Source: Octopus sinensis (lineage: Eukaryota). Taken from it: a stretch of DNA of 64,000 nucleotides. A program made the translations under genes and the position numbers. This document shows positions 39,956 to 53,259 of this stretch, piece by piece. The notes under the pieces are model-generated. The model did not search any database. It saw nothing but the letters and a program-made list of their open reading frames with translations, and had not been told where the DNA came from. The DNA lies in contig NC_043009.1 of assembly GCF_006345805.1 (NCBI RefSeq), positions 17,732,001 through 17,796,000 on the forward strand. The letters are read 5' to 3'. Position 1 is the stretch's first letter; the number at the start of each line of letters is the position of its first letter.

Positions 39956-40449
39956 CACTCTCTTAACTGTAGAGAAAAGTAGTGAAGCAATAGAGACAGA
40001 GAAAGGAAAGCCTCAGTCATATACAATGACAATTAGACTGAAATGCAATCAATCTTTTCTAGCTTCTTTACAATGAAGAAAAGGGAAAGACATTTAGTAA
40101 TGAATAAAGGGAAAGTCTTTCAGGTGTTTACATTTTTATTCTGGTAGTTCTAAAATGATCGAGTGTTAGTTCTCTCTTCTTTGCTCTGGACCCCAGTACT
40201 TATTCGCCATCTTTCATAGCTCTTCATGTCTTTTAGTTGGGTGGGGAAAGACCATATTTTTTTCCCAAACACATTTAATGCCTTCTCTACAAACTACAAA
40301 CAAGCCCCGCTCCCTTTTTTTTTCATACAAAAACTAATGCACATTTCGAACAGGGTATAGCTGCAAAAAGAGCCCAGAAAAATAGGTAATAACCCCTACA
40401 AAATGGGTGGGGAAAAAAGTTGCCAACAAGTAGCTACATGGAATTCAAC

Positions 40450-40789
40450 TCAATACTTTAAAAAGTGTCTTCTACTATAGCCATGGGCCAACCAAGGCCT
40501 TGTGAATGAATTTGATAGATGGAAACTGAAAGAAGCCCATCAGATATGTATATATATTATATATTATATTTTTATGTGTGTGTGTTTGCATCTGTGTTTG
40601 TCCCCCCACCACCATTGTTTGACAACTGATGTTGGTGTGTTTGCATCCCTGTAACTTAGCTGTTCAGCAGAAGAGACTGATAGAATAAGCACCAGGCTTA
40701 CAGGGAATAAGTCCAGGGGTCGCTTTCTTCGACTAAAGGGTGGTGCTCCAGCATGGTCACCATCAAATCACTGAAACAAGTAAAAGAAT
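40450..40789 (+). mobile_element. SINE family A, 5'-truncated
   Basis: Core and tail match 26591-27002. Confidence 0.8.
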
Positions 40790-41123
40790 ACCAGAAGCAC
40801 ATTCTGTACTATTAAACCAAGAAGGTTCTTTGAATATGTACAATGCATTTTAAAGCTAAATAGTAATTCTGTTTATGTTTGCGTAACTGAGATATTTTGG
40901 TTGGATTATAAAGTTATCGGTTTTACATGTCTTTCTATATTCTTTAACTGTCTTCTCATGGCACCAGCACACAATTTTCAGGTGCTTACATTTTTGTATA
41001 TTTTCTGTGAATTTTTCACGGGTCCAGCTAATCTATATAATACAATAAACTATATAATACTATAAACACACTTAAGGACACAAATATACATAAATATAAA
41101 AACATGCATCCAGACACATATAC

Positions 41124-41345
41124 CTATCTTTTATCTTTTACTTGTTTCACTCATTTGACCATGGCCACGCTGGAGCACTGCCTTGAAGAATTTTTAGTGG
41201 AATGAATCAACTCCAGTGCTTAATTTTTGCTTCAAGTCTAGTTCTTATTCTATCAGACTCTTTTGCTGAACTGCTAGGTTACAGGGATACAAACACACCA
41301 ACACTCGTTGTCAAGCAGTGATGGAGGACAAACACAAACACCAAG
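41124..41345 (-). mobile_element. SINE family A, 3' half
   Basis: Tail sequence match. Confidence 0.75.
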
Positions 41346-41601
41346 ACAGACACACACACACATACACACACACTTACATACACATGCATACATATATATA
41401 TATGTATGTATGTGTGCATGTATGTATGCATGAATGTATGTATGCGTATTTATGTACATATATAAAAGAGATAATGGTGTCATTGAGACCCAAAGGTGTC
41501 AGGTAATGTTAAATAAGTGCTATAGACAGACCATAGTTAAGTTCCAGATTCAGTAATTTTGCGAATAAAGTGTTCAACGTTGGTTCTATGTCAGTGTGTG
41601 A

Positions 41602-41724
41602 ATATAAGAATTTTTGGCGTAATAAGATATAAAACCAAGGCTGTGTAGATATTAGAGCATTTATAGATAGATGCTCTAATATCTACATAGCCTTGGTTTT
41701 TTATCTTATTACACAAAAAATTCT

Positions 41725-41729
<5 letters not shown>
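41602..41729. repeat. 128-bp hairpin (59-bp arms, 10-nt spacer)
   Basis: ..ccaaggctgtgtagatattagagcat / atgctctaatatctacatagccttgg.. Confidence 0.92.
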
Positions 41730-41773
<44 letters not shown>

Positions 41774-41788
41774 TTATTTTATAGAAGG

Positions 41789-41839
41789 AGCTTCTACAGG
41801 ACTAGAACTGTTTCATTCAAAAGAAACCATCAGGAAGCT
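41789..41839 (-). ncRNA. Hammerhead copy with an A9-to-G core change (CUGAUGG)
   Basis: Mirror image of 42852-42902. Confidence 0.6.
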
Positions 41840-42072
41840 AGGTGACAAGAGTAGTTTTGGCATTTATACATTTAGGCAGGTTTAAAGGGGTGGTGGTGGG
41901 GGACTTTTTTGGGGTAGGCATGGCACAAACTATCATTCTTAGGGGAGTGGTCAAAGGAATCGGTGGTGAAGTAGATAAAAGAATAAATAAAAGAATAAAA
42001 GAATAAAAGAATAAATAGAAAAATAGAGTTTTAGGTAAATAAGGAGACTCTCACTTATACATATACATATAC

Positions 42073-42105
<33 letters not shown>

Positions 42106-42584
42106 CACATGTACATATACACATACACACACACACATACACATATGTATACATATACATACATACATATACACACATATATACATACATACACATACAC
42201 ATATATACATATATACACATACACATACGTACACATACACACATACACCCATATACACATGTACATATGTACCCATATACACATGTACATATGTACCCAT
42301 ATACATGTATCTACGTACACGCCCATACCCATACTCATACAAACACTTATATATGTCTACACACATATATAAGTGTTTGTATGAGTATGGGTATGGGCGT
42401 GTACGTAGATACATGTATATGGGTACATATGTACATGTGTATATGGGTGTATGTGTGTATGTGTACGTATGTGTATGTGTATATATGTATATATGTGTAT
42501 GTGTATGTATGTATATATGTGTGTATATGTATGTATGTATATGTATACATATGTGTATGTGTGTGTGTGTATGTGTATATGTAC

Positions 42585-42616
<32 letters not shown>

Positions 42617-42851
42617 ATGTATATGTATATGTATAAGTGAGAGTCTCCTTATTTACCTAAAACTCTATTTTTCTATTTATTCTTTTATTCTTTTATTCTT
42701 TTATTTATTCTTTTATCTACTTCACCACCGATTCCTTTGACCACTCCCCTAAGAATGATAGTTTGCGCCATGCCTACCCCAAAAAAGTCCCCCACCACCA
42801 CCCCTTTAAACCTGCCTAAATGTATAAATGCCAAAACTACTCTTGTCACCT

Positions 42852-42902
42852 AGCTTCCTGATGATTTCTTTTGAATGAAACAGTTCTAGTCCTGTAGAAG
42901 CT
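42852..42902 (+). ncRNA. Complete type-I hammerhead ribozyme motif
   Basis: AGCTTC-CTGATGA-tTTC-tttt-GAAt-GAAA-CAG-ttctagtc-CTG-TA-GAAGCT: stem I 6 bp, stem II 3 bp plus U-U, stem III ACAG/CUGU, predicted cleavage after GUA (42896). Confidence 0.75.
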
Positions 42903-42984
42903 CCTTCTATAAAATAAATTAATTTACTCTGCTATGTATTGAGTACCTTATTTACTGTGGTTAACCCCGACTCAACCCGGGACC

Positions 42985-43024
<40 letters not shown>

Positions 43025-43029
43025 AACAC

Positions 43030-43187
43030 ACACAATGGGCAGTCTTCCAGTTTCCATCTACCAAATCCACTCAGAAGGCTTTGGTCTGTCCAAGGCTACA
43101 GTGGAGGACACTTGTCCAAGGTGCCACACCGTGAGATTGAACCCAGAACTATGCAGTAGGGGAGCAAACTTCTTACCACACAGCCAC
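43030..43187 (-). mobile_element. SINE family A, head half
   Basis: Matches the family A head and core. Confidence 0.7.
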
Positions 43188-45292
43188 GTTGTCACCTGTA
43201 TAATTTCATATACACACATGTACATATGTATGCATATACTCATATGTGCATTCCCACAGCCTTTGGGCAGAGTCATGTAAAAGAGTAAATGAATAAAGGT
43301 ACACATTTACTTTTAGACTCTTATACAGTTGCAGAAGTACTTAAAGGCAACCATTTAAGACAAAACCCTAGACTAGACCGGTCTGTGGCTTGTACTCCTA
43401 TACAAAACTAACCTGTTGCACTTGCATCTATATACATGCTTGACTGAGCCCTAACTATTGCTTAAAATTAAGCATTAGACATAACCAACTTGACCAGATT
43501 CGATAATGCTTTCAACACAAAGCCCTGAATGCAACCTGTTTGTGACCTATCTGTGGCCTATACTCCTCAACAAATCTAACACTTAGTACCAGCATTACAT
43601 GCTCAAATATGCCCTAACAATAACATATGAACAATAGTTTCTTACGCCAAATCTAAGCAGTTTAGCAGAAGCTGCCTAAATAGTTTTAACAAAGCTTTAA
43701 TTATCAAACCAGAAAAATGTTTTACCATCTCTTCTTTTCTGTTGCTACCCTGTAAGGGTTTACTTTCATCCTTACTTTTTACTTTTATCTTTCTCCCCTC
43801 CCACCCACTCCTTATCATGCTACTTCTTTCTTCCCACAAATTCTTTTCTATGTTCCCCATTAAAATATCCATAAAGATATTTCTATACATACCCCACAAA
43901 AATACCAGCACTTAATTTGCAATTACATTGCTCCTCCTACAAGATAAAGCCCCAAAACTTGGAAAACCAAAGTAATTTACAATCCAGTGAAGACTTCAAA
44001 GGAGCTGTCAGTTTTTCCCTTAAACAAAATATAATAAATGTGTTACTCTTATAGAAAGTTGTTGAGTGAGTCTCCAATTTAATGTTTGTTTCTATATCTA
44101 GCCATAAATAAAAACGAGCATTAATATATATATATATATGTATATCTTCATCATCCTCATCAGCCTCATGATCGTTTAATGGTCATATCCCTTGCTGACA
44201 TGGATTGGACACTAGCATATTCACATACATACATACATACATACATACATACACACACACACACGCATACATACATACATAGTAAATGCTTAAAGGAGAA
44301 TCTGGATTAACAGGGATTTTCAGAAAGAGAAATCGACTGGCTAATTCGTACATTATAAGTGAAATCTGTGAATGCAACAGTAAAAATATGCAAGACATCT
44401 CAAGTACCAAGTGTGAATTTGTCTGTGTTAACTACATCCCAAAGATTGTTCCTTGTATCTTTGTTGGAAACCGGCTCCTTCCTCAGTGGGAGATTTATAT
44501 AATTAAAAAATAGAAGAGATATGTATACATATATATACATAGTTCACAAATGAGAGCAAATATTTTCCATACAGAAGACACTTAGAATTGCTCAAAAGAT
44601 TCAAAATATGTATATATGTATATGCATAAAATGGTCCAACTTACACAGAGTACAAATGACAGAGAAAATTAAAGGGGTGGACGAAAGCTATTACAAGTCC
44701 AACAGCTGTTTCTGGGGGCTCGGCAATCCAAAATAATGTTTGTAGAATTTAGTCCATCAGAACATTTTTTCCAAAAATATTTTTCACTTTTTGATGGGAT
44801 ATTGTTTTCTTTCCCTTTTATGCAAACCCAAATACATATATAAGTGTGTGTGTGTGTTTGTGTGCAAGTGTGTGTGTGAAAGTGTGTGTATGTGTATGTG
44901 TGTGTGCGTGCTCACATATATGTGAATATATGTGTAGGCGTGTGTGTGTATATATATATATGCATGTAGGTGTATATAAAAACCGTTTTCCTCTCTTTTT
45001 AGTTATTGTTGCAATATCCAAATCATATTGAAATAGAGTTTTTATTTGGTTAGCAGACGGGGATGGTATAAAATAACCACTGTTGATACCTGAGTTCGTT
45101 AGGTAGAAGTTGAAGAAATTTATCCTCTCTAAGGAGGATCATGAAAGTAGCAAAGTAATGATTCAAAACACCAGATTCGGTGGAGAGAAAGTTAGCAGAA
45201 GGAAGATGCAGTCAAGAAGTGTATCACAATCCATGGGATTGAGTTAAAAAACTGGCACTAGACAATTTATTTATTATAAAACAGAAAGGTTA

Positions 45293-46430
45293 TTAGGGTG
45301 GGCTTAAAAGTTCATTGTCTGATTGCGCTGGGGTGATACATTTCATATTAATGAGTGCATTGTTTCTTTCGAGGTAAACTGATACCTGGCAGTTCAAAGA
45401 CGACTCCAAAAATAACTAGTAGCAACTTCTCTTGAAAATGGACAAAATTTAGCATTGTAGTGTTATCAAGTACCTTCAGAAAAGGGTTTAACCTCCAAGC
45501 ATATTCATACTGACATGTTTGCTATATTAGGGATGACAATACTGCAAATGTGGGTAGCTGAATTTAGGAGAAGAGAGGGTCTTGGAGATGACCCAAGGTT
45601 TGGACATCCTGCAACTGCCAAGGAAAACATTGATCATGTTCATTGCATGCTGATGGATAACAGGTAATTGACTATAAATCGAAATAGGCAATGCTTTTAG
45701 CATATCCGGTGAGAAAGTTGAGAATTTTCTAAAGTACACCAGGTTGATCCCATCACTGGAAAATCTGACATTGAAGCAGATCCAGCTGGTTTCTTTGAAC
45801 GTTTCCCAATCCAGGATGAGCGTTGGCTTCATCACTTTGAGCGAGAGACAAAGAGACAATCCATGCAATGGGAACATCCCTCCTCGCCTGTTCCAAAGAA
45901 GCCCAAGGTCGTTTCAACTGCAGGAAGAGTGATCGCTTCAGATTTTTGGAGATGCAAAAGGCATTATGTTTATTAACTATTTTCAAAAACCACATCATCA
46001 ATGGTGAGTGTTATATCAATTTGTTGAAGCAGTTATGAAAGGCAATCAAGACCAAACGCCCAGGAAAACTATTGAAAGGGGTCTTATTTCATCAGGATAA
46101 TGTTCTGGCACACAAGTCCTTGCTTTCAATGGCTGCTGTGTGTGACTGGTTTTGAACTGGTTGATCCTCCTTCCTATTCTCCTGATTTGGTTCCAACTGG
46201 CTATCATCCATTTCTCAACATGAAAAACATTTAGCTAGGAACTAGTATCGCTTTGATGATGTCATCGTATCTGCTGTTAATGACTTTTTTGACCAACAGG
46301 ATGAAAGCTTCTTCACCAATGGGATGCAAGCATTGCAACAGCAATGGAAGAAGTGTGTGGACCACAAGGGAGACTGTGTTGAAAAATAAACCTCCTTAGG
46401 TCAGATTTCTTGAGAGTATCTTGATCAGTC
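45293..46430 (+). mobile_element. Mariner (DD34D) element with transposase pseudogene at 45438-46389
   Basis: MDKI*HCSVIKYLQK, ETKRQSMQW.., VLFHQDNVLAH, YSPDLVPTGY and WKKCVDHKGDCVEK*. Confidence 0.9.
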
Positions 46431-46710
46431 AACTGTTATACATTATTTGAGCAAAGGTGTGTTTTTCTTAGATTTGAGGGAGTGTTAGAAAAGAAAGGAC
46501 AAAAATAGAAAGGTAAGCAAGAGTCTTAAACTCCTTCACAAGGAGGTAACCACCATACTAAGGTCTTATGCTGTCCAAATCAATGGTGAGAACCTGATGG
46601 GTATATAGACTGGACTGAAGAAGGAGAATGAGAGAAAAACTGTGCACATTCAGGAAGAGATGGTGAAATATTATTCTGAACATAAAAGTAAAAGACTATA
46701 TTCTCTATAC

Positions 46711-47650
46711 CATGGGTTAGCAAACTTTTTTTTTTACCTGGGGGCCAAATAGGATATTAAGGAATGGATAAAAGATTAGATAAAGGCAAAAACGCTTGGA
46801 ACATTGGGATTGTCTGCTTAAATACATCTAATTATATTTTTCATTAGATCAATGAATGATACATTCTAGAAAATAATGTTTTTTAGCCAATTAGTAATCA
46901 AAGATCTCAACTTAATTGCAATTTATTTCAGTCAACACATCTTTTGAATCTATTAAAGACAGAAAATCTTTAAAACATGAAATGTATGAACATGGTGCAT
47001 TGAATAGTGGTAAATTAAGTATAATAAAAAAGAAGATTCATTAATTTCAATATAAACAGTTAATGATTCAATGTGAAACTTTACACTATTTCTTACTTGA
47101 AAGCTTTTCAATATTGGATGTTAGACTTGTTGATGCCAATAGCAAGACATTAACCTGATGGGCATCGGCTAATTTTGTTCTTGAATAGTTTTCAGTTTTT
47201 CATTTTTGAAAATAATTGCTGACAAACAATAATACCATTTCTTTTGCATCAGTAAATATGTTAGGATATGTTAGGATACTTCCCACTTGGATGAATATAT
47301 TTTTAAAGTACTGACACTTCTTCAGAATTAAATTGTGATCTCCAGATGTTGTTATACTGCATCTCAATCAATTTCATTTGATAATTTTCTGATGTAGTGT
47401 CCACTTCCACATCAATAGCAAGCAACTTGCATTCATATTTACCAAAATACTCACACCCTGTGCTTCTATTTTTTTTTTATGCTGGTATTCCAACAACTGC
47501 AGCTTTGTTTCAAATGATACAATATGACCGTACAACACATATGTCAACTGGTCTTTTCTCTTTTGTGTTGCAAATACAAAATATTTAAATGAGATGTAAT
47601 ATCCACAACAAATGTCAAGGCTGCAAGCCAATCAGGATCACAAAATGGGA
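46711..47650 (-). mobile_element. hAT (Charlie/Buster-like) remnant
   Basis: End sequence catgggttagcaaactttt..gggggcc; frameshifted minus-strand C-terminus ..QLFSKMK..RTKLADAHQ..IEKLSSKK*CKVSH* ending at 47068. Confidence 0.7.
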
Positions 47651-47892
47651 TACACATGGCTTGGCATACTCGCTGTGGACGGATGACAGTGAAACGAACA
47701 AGCAAGATTGGTAGTAGCAGCTGCTAACACTACGCATGACGGGTAGGGCAGGTGCTTTGGACTTAGTACAGCTGGACAGCTGGCAAGAAGGTAGGTGAAC
47801 CATAATTTATTTCCCCGCATTACAGTTCCTTTGTAATACAAGCTATTTCAGCACTCATGTATAAATATATTTCTCTGATGGTAACAAATATA

Positions 47893-48540
47893 AGGATCGG
47901 CAGCGATGCCATCAGATCTTTCTATGGTGAAAGAGACGTAGTAGCCTGAATCCATAAGATCAAGGTAGTGGTCAAGCTATAAGGCATCAACGATGTAGAA
48001 GGTCTCGTGACCCTGTACCTGCAGGGAAGCGTGCTAGTGCTGTAACTTGAGATGGATGAGGAAGACCAATTGAGCTTAGCGTAGATCGAACAGTGCTTGA
48101 GGGAAGCCTATACGGAGGGAACGTATGCCACGTTTGCTAAGCTGGAAACGGTCATGCAGACAAAGGAACAGGTCGATTAATATGTCGTGGAGGTTCAGAG
48201 ACTGGCCATGCTATCTAGTTTTACCAGAGAGGGTCTAGAGAAGGTGGCACAACTGGCCTTCATAAATGGCTTTCCTGATGACATAACGGTGTGACTGCAA
48301 CAACTGCCAGGCAGCGAGAAAACGGCAATGAGTGAGCTCATCACACAAGCCCACATGTTGACTCAAAACACCGGGTGGAAGGCAGTGGCAATGCCAGCTG
48401 CAGCAGCTCACAAAATAATGCAATGACCAGTAAAGAATGAAAAGAAAATGTCATGGAGCGACAGCGACCGTTCATGGGCCGATGCTTCAAGTGCCAGGGA
48501 CCGCACAAAGGGACTACACAGAGATAAAGCCCAGAGCCGT
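47893..48540 (+). pseudogene. Ty3/Gypsy-like gag remnant
   Basis: FYGERDVVA*IHKIKVVVKL..LEMDEEDQ..LAFINGFPDDI..LQQLP..MSELI, then a frameshifted zinc knuckle GRCFKCQGPH. Confidence 0.65.
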
Positions 48541-48807
48541 TTGCTACTAGCGCAGGCAGACTGAGCATATCACTCAAAGCTGCAACCAGCGAAAGGCTAA
48601 GAGGAAGTTGCTGCCTCTCATTTATGATGTGACCCCTTTTGAAGACAAAACCTTTTGCATACCAAATAACTCAGGCCATCTCCTTCCCTGTAGATGGTCT
48701 TCTTTTAGGCAGGTGAGGAGGGGTATTTCCACTGCATGGATTATCCCTGGCTTAAAGTGATCAACCTGACACTCTTCGCTGATTAGGATACGTTCAAGAA
48801 GACCAAC

Positions 48808-49558
48808 TGTGAGAAAAACAGCACCATGATGCAATTCACTCTGCCAGAAATTTGGAAACAACATGCTGTATTGCTTGGCATTCACGCTGGAAGATCCAAA
48901 ATGAACATTTCAGAGTGTTAGAGTGTCAATCTGAGGACAGTGCAGGTACCGAGAGTGATAAAAATCAAACATCCAGTGAACATCATGGTGTTTGGAGTGA
49001 TCACTAGTGATGGTGACATTATGCCTCCATTCGTCTTCCCACACAGCCTCAGACTCAACACGGAGGCTTACATCAAGTGCCTGGAGGAGTTAGTGCTGCT
49101 CTGGGTCAAGAGGGTGGCTGCTGGAAGACCCTATGTCTGGCAATAGGACTCTGCACCATGCCACTCAAGTAGGGGACCCAAGTCATGGCTGTCAGACAAT
49201 TTCTGCGACCACATCACCCTAACATCTGGCCACCTAACTCCACAGACTGCAGACCCCTTCATTATAATGTGTGGGAGAGACCAACAAAACTCCTTGTAAC
49301 ACCAAAGATAAACAAAAGGCAAGGTTTATGGCAGCATTCACCAACTTAAACAAGGAGACTGTCCAGAAGAGTTGCAGGAGATTCTGAAGTCATCTGGAGG
49401 CCATGGTTGAAGCCAATGGCGATTTTATTGAATAAATTTACTGTTTAGTATTTCAAGATATTTTCATGTAATTTTGGTAAATATATCTGTTAAAATGAGA
49501 TGTCAGTGTTATTTTCATTTTTGTAAAATTTGAATGACAATATATTCACCACACCCTG
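48808..49558 (+). mobile_element. Deleted maT/DD37D-type element
   Basis: KHPVNIMVFGVITSDG..PYVWQ*DSAPCH and WPPNS motifs; the 3' TIR ends caccctg followed by TA. Confidence 0.85.
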
Positions 49559-50309
49559 TATATATAATCGTCTAAGAATCCATAAGTCAGAAAGAATAGG
49601 TATTCATACATTTGTCGACAGAGTAGGTATATTAATCAAAGTATGCAGTATTATAGACCTATATGCTGTATACTTTGATTATTATATATATTAACATATA
49701 TATGCACATATACACACACACACATACACACACAAACATACACATGCACACATATATGTGTGTCTGTGTGTCTGTGCACATGTACATGTGTGTGTGTTCA
49801 TTATATCTTCTATATTCATCAGAGAAGGAATATAATTTAATAAATAACAAAACCATTAATAACACAATCAGTTGCTTAACTGATATTTAAATGATTTAAA
49901 GGATACTTCACTAAAATGTTATGACGCAGCTACAGTATATATTTGATAAAACTAAGTATTTCTTCTTTAGCATATACTCATATCTTTAAGTATATCTATT
50001 TTGAATATGTTGATATCCTTGGATATTTCTTTCTTGGGTGTGCTGATATGCATCAACGATATCTATCTTACACATCTCACTATGTTTAAATATCTGTTCA
50101 TAAATACATACACACATACACAATGCACATATGCATCTATATGTATATGTGTGTGCAAATGTATATTTATGTGTGTATATATATATGTATATATATGTAT
50201 GTGTGTATGTATGAATTTATATGTAAATATGTATGTATGTGTGTATGTATGAATTTATATGTAAATGTGTGTGTGTATGTATGTATATGCATATGTATAT
50301 ATATATATA

Positions 50310-52690
50310 TACATATCATCATTGTTTATCATCCGTTTTCCATGGGTTGGACAGTTTGACTGGGGTCTGGAGAGCCAGTGGCTGCACCAGGCTCCAATTT
50401 GATCTGGCAATGTTTCTACAGCTGGATGCCCTTCCTAACACCAACCACTCCAAGAGTGTAATGGGTGCTTTTTATGTGCCACTAGCACGAGAGCCAGTCA
50501 GGCAGGCCTGGCATCGATCAATGTTAGGATAGTGCTTTGTGCCAGCCAGAGCGTACTGACATCAGCCACGTTCAGATGGTGCTTTTTACATGCCACTGGC
50601 ATGGGGGCCAGTCAGGCTGTCTTGGCATCAATCACATTCTGATAGTGCTTTTTACATGCCACCTACTTCTACTCGAAATTCTTCACTATAATTGTTGCCA
50701 ACCCTCACCTCACTAACAGCATCCCTGTACATGGCTTGCACAGCTCTCACTAACCATTCATCTATCCCTAGTTTCCTCATTAACCACCAGATAAGGGATC
50801 GGGGGACCCTGTCAAAGGCTTTCTCCAAGTCAACAAAGGCCAAGTACAGAGGTTTATCTTTGGCTAGGTATTTTTCTTGCAGTTACCTTACCAGAAATAT
50901 AGCATCAGTGGTGCTTCTGCCTGGCACAAAACCAAACTGCATCTCATCTATGCTCTCTCCCTAATTAGTTGGGCTATGACCCACTCTGTAACTTTCATCA
51001 CCTGATCCAATAATTTGGTACCCCTGTAGTTATTCCTATCTAAAGCATCACCTTTACCTTTGTAGCAGTTGACTATGGTGCTGCTACAGCAGTCATTGGG
51101 TATGACTCCATGAACTACTTGATTTACGATGTGGGTAACAAGACCATATCCCACACCGTCTGATATTTTAAGCATCTCAGTGGTGATGGGCGAGGTGCTT
51201 TCCCATTCTTCATATCCTTAATAGCTTTATCTACCAGGGTACTGTCGATTTGGGTAGCTGGTCCCTCAATTCCACCAACCTTTAGCAGACTCTCCTCCTC
51301 CCATTCATTCTCCACATTCAGCAGTCTTTCATAATGGCATCTCCAGGCCTCTTTCTTTGCAGAATCATTAAACGCAAGGGTATCATCATCAACGTGAACA
51401 CATTTCTCTCTTATGACATCACAGTTTTCTCTCACACACTGTCTTGCAATCCGAAATACTTCAGTTCTTTGTTTCTTACGTCACTGAACATTGGCAAACT
51501 TCTTCTTTTCTACTACTCTCTTGGCTTTATATACCTGCCTCCTAGCTTCCCTCTTGGCTATCTGATACATTCTCCTGCTATCCCCACTCTTCCAGGCCTT
51601 CCACGCCTGTTTCTTTGCTCTAATGGCCCTGTCTACAGTATTGTTCCACCACCATGTCACCCTAGGTCTGGAAGGGACTTTGCAGCAGTCACAGATTTGG
51701 TCTATAGCACTCAGCAAGCAGTCTCGCGGGAATTCACAGCTGCCTTCTATGTCACAAGACTGTAGCTCCTCCTCCCTATCATCAAATTTCTCGGTAAGGA
51801 TATCCCTAAATCTCTGACCCTGGGAAGAGTTTTTAAGCTTTGAAATCCTTCTTTTCTAGATTGGTCTACTTTTGGTATCCTTCTGGCCTTGAGTCTAAAT
51901 ACACTAATAACTAGTCTATGATGGGGAGTAGATTCTTCACAAGGGAGAGGCTTTGTATTTAAGAAAAACCCTGCATCCTGCTGACTAGTGAGAATGAAAT
52001 CAATCTGGCTAGCAGAGTCCCCTGACTGATGGATTATCAGGTGACTGGCTGGCTTCCTGAAGTTGGTGTTGCAGATCAATAGGTTATTTGCATCACAGAA
52101 CTCCATGAGCCTAGTTCCCTCTTCATTTCTGGTACCAACTCAATGGCCCCCATGTACACAATGGAAGATACCAGGTTGCTGTTTGACATGCCCATTAAAA
52201 TCTCCACCCACAAAGATGAGATCATTGTCACTCGTCTTTGAGGTAGCCTACAGAAGAATATCATAAAAGTGATCCTTCTGTTCATTTGGTAGGCTTGCTT
52301 GTGGGGCATAAGCAGAGGTAATTGTAGCTATACCATTCTGCAACACTAGCCTGAATTTAATTACTCTATCACACACCTTCACTACCTCTACGACCTTATT
52401 CACCCATTTATCTACAAGAAGTATGCCCACACCCCTTATTCCATCTCTGTTATCTTCCCAGAAGAGTTTATACCTATGTGTTTTGCCTGTGAGGTATCTG
52501 GCTGAAGCTCCTCTCCACCTTACCACTTGTACACAACATACATTGACACGTCTTCAAGCATCTTTACAATCTCGCTAGCCCTACCTTTTAATGTGCCTAC
52601 ATTTACAGTGCCAATTCTGAAAACTGGGAAAGAGATATGGGAGGTAACATAGGAAGGAGAGATGTTATTCAGCACCTGAAAAGAAGATTC
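50310..52690 (-). mobile_element. RTE LINE: APE plus RT N-half fused to the 3' UTR by an internal deletion
   Basis: GVGILL..SAYAPQ, FCDANNLLICNTNF, NYRGTKLL, AFVDLEKAFDRVPR; deletion junction at ~50661. Confidence 0.92.
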
Positions 52691-52904
52691 CCACGATCAT
52701 TTGGCAACAGACGTCATAATAGTTGTTCTTGCTTTTAACCTACCGTCATTGAAACATGTTAGAATTGTTAAAGTTGTTGCCTCTACTGGGGTGGGGGAGT
52801 AAGGAAGCATTGAAAGTGTTTGGAGTGTTGTAAATGTAAGCATTATGAGCATTGTGGGTGTAAGCATTACTGATGCTGCGGATATAAAAGCAAAGCCCAT
52901 CGTA

Positions 52905-53140
52905 TATATATATATGTATCTATGTATGTGTGTGTGTCTGTGTTTGTCCCCCCACCATTGCTTGACAACCAATGGTGGCGTGTCTACATCCCTGTAACTT
53001 AGCAGTTTAGCAAAAGAGGCTGATAGAATAAGTACTAGGTTTACAAACAATAAGTTCTGGGATCAATTTGTTCAACTAAAGGTGGTGCTCCAGCATGACC
53101 ACAGTCAAATGACTGAAACAAATAAAAGAATAAAAGAAAG
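52905..53140 (+). mobile_element. SINE family A, 3' half
   Basis: Tail sequence match. Confidence 0.8.
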
Positions 53141-53183
53141 ATATATATATTATATATAATATGTGTGTGTGTGTGTGTGTGTC

Positions 53184-53259
<76 letters not shown>

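Larger units (their letters stand above)
41773..42918. repeat. 1.15-kb palindrome with a 6-nt spacer and a hammerhead near each outer end
   Basis: Arms 41773-42356 and 42363-42918; the left arm carries an extra 24-bp duplication at 42251-42298. Confidence 0.95.

Noticed and set aside
41951-42740. Numerous 80-157 aa ORFs rich in Y/I/C/V/H/T
   Set aside because: Translations of CA/TA microsatellites; the same applies at 15.2, 19.3, 24.7, 50.1, 53.1 and 59.7 kb.
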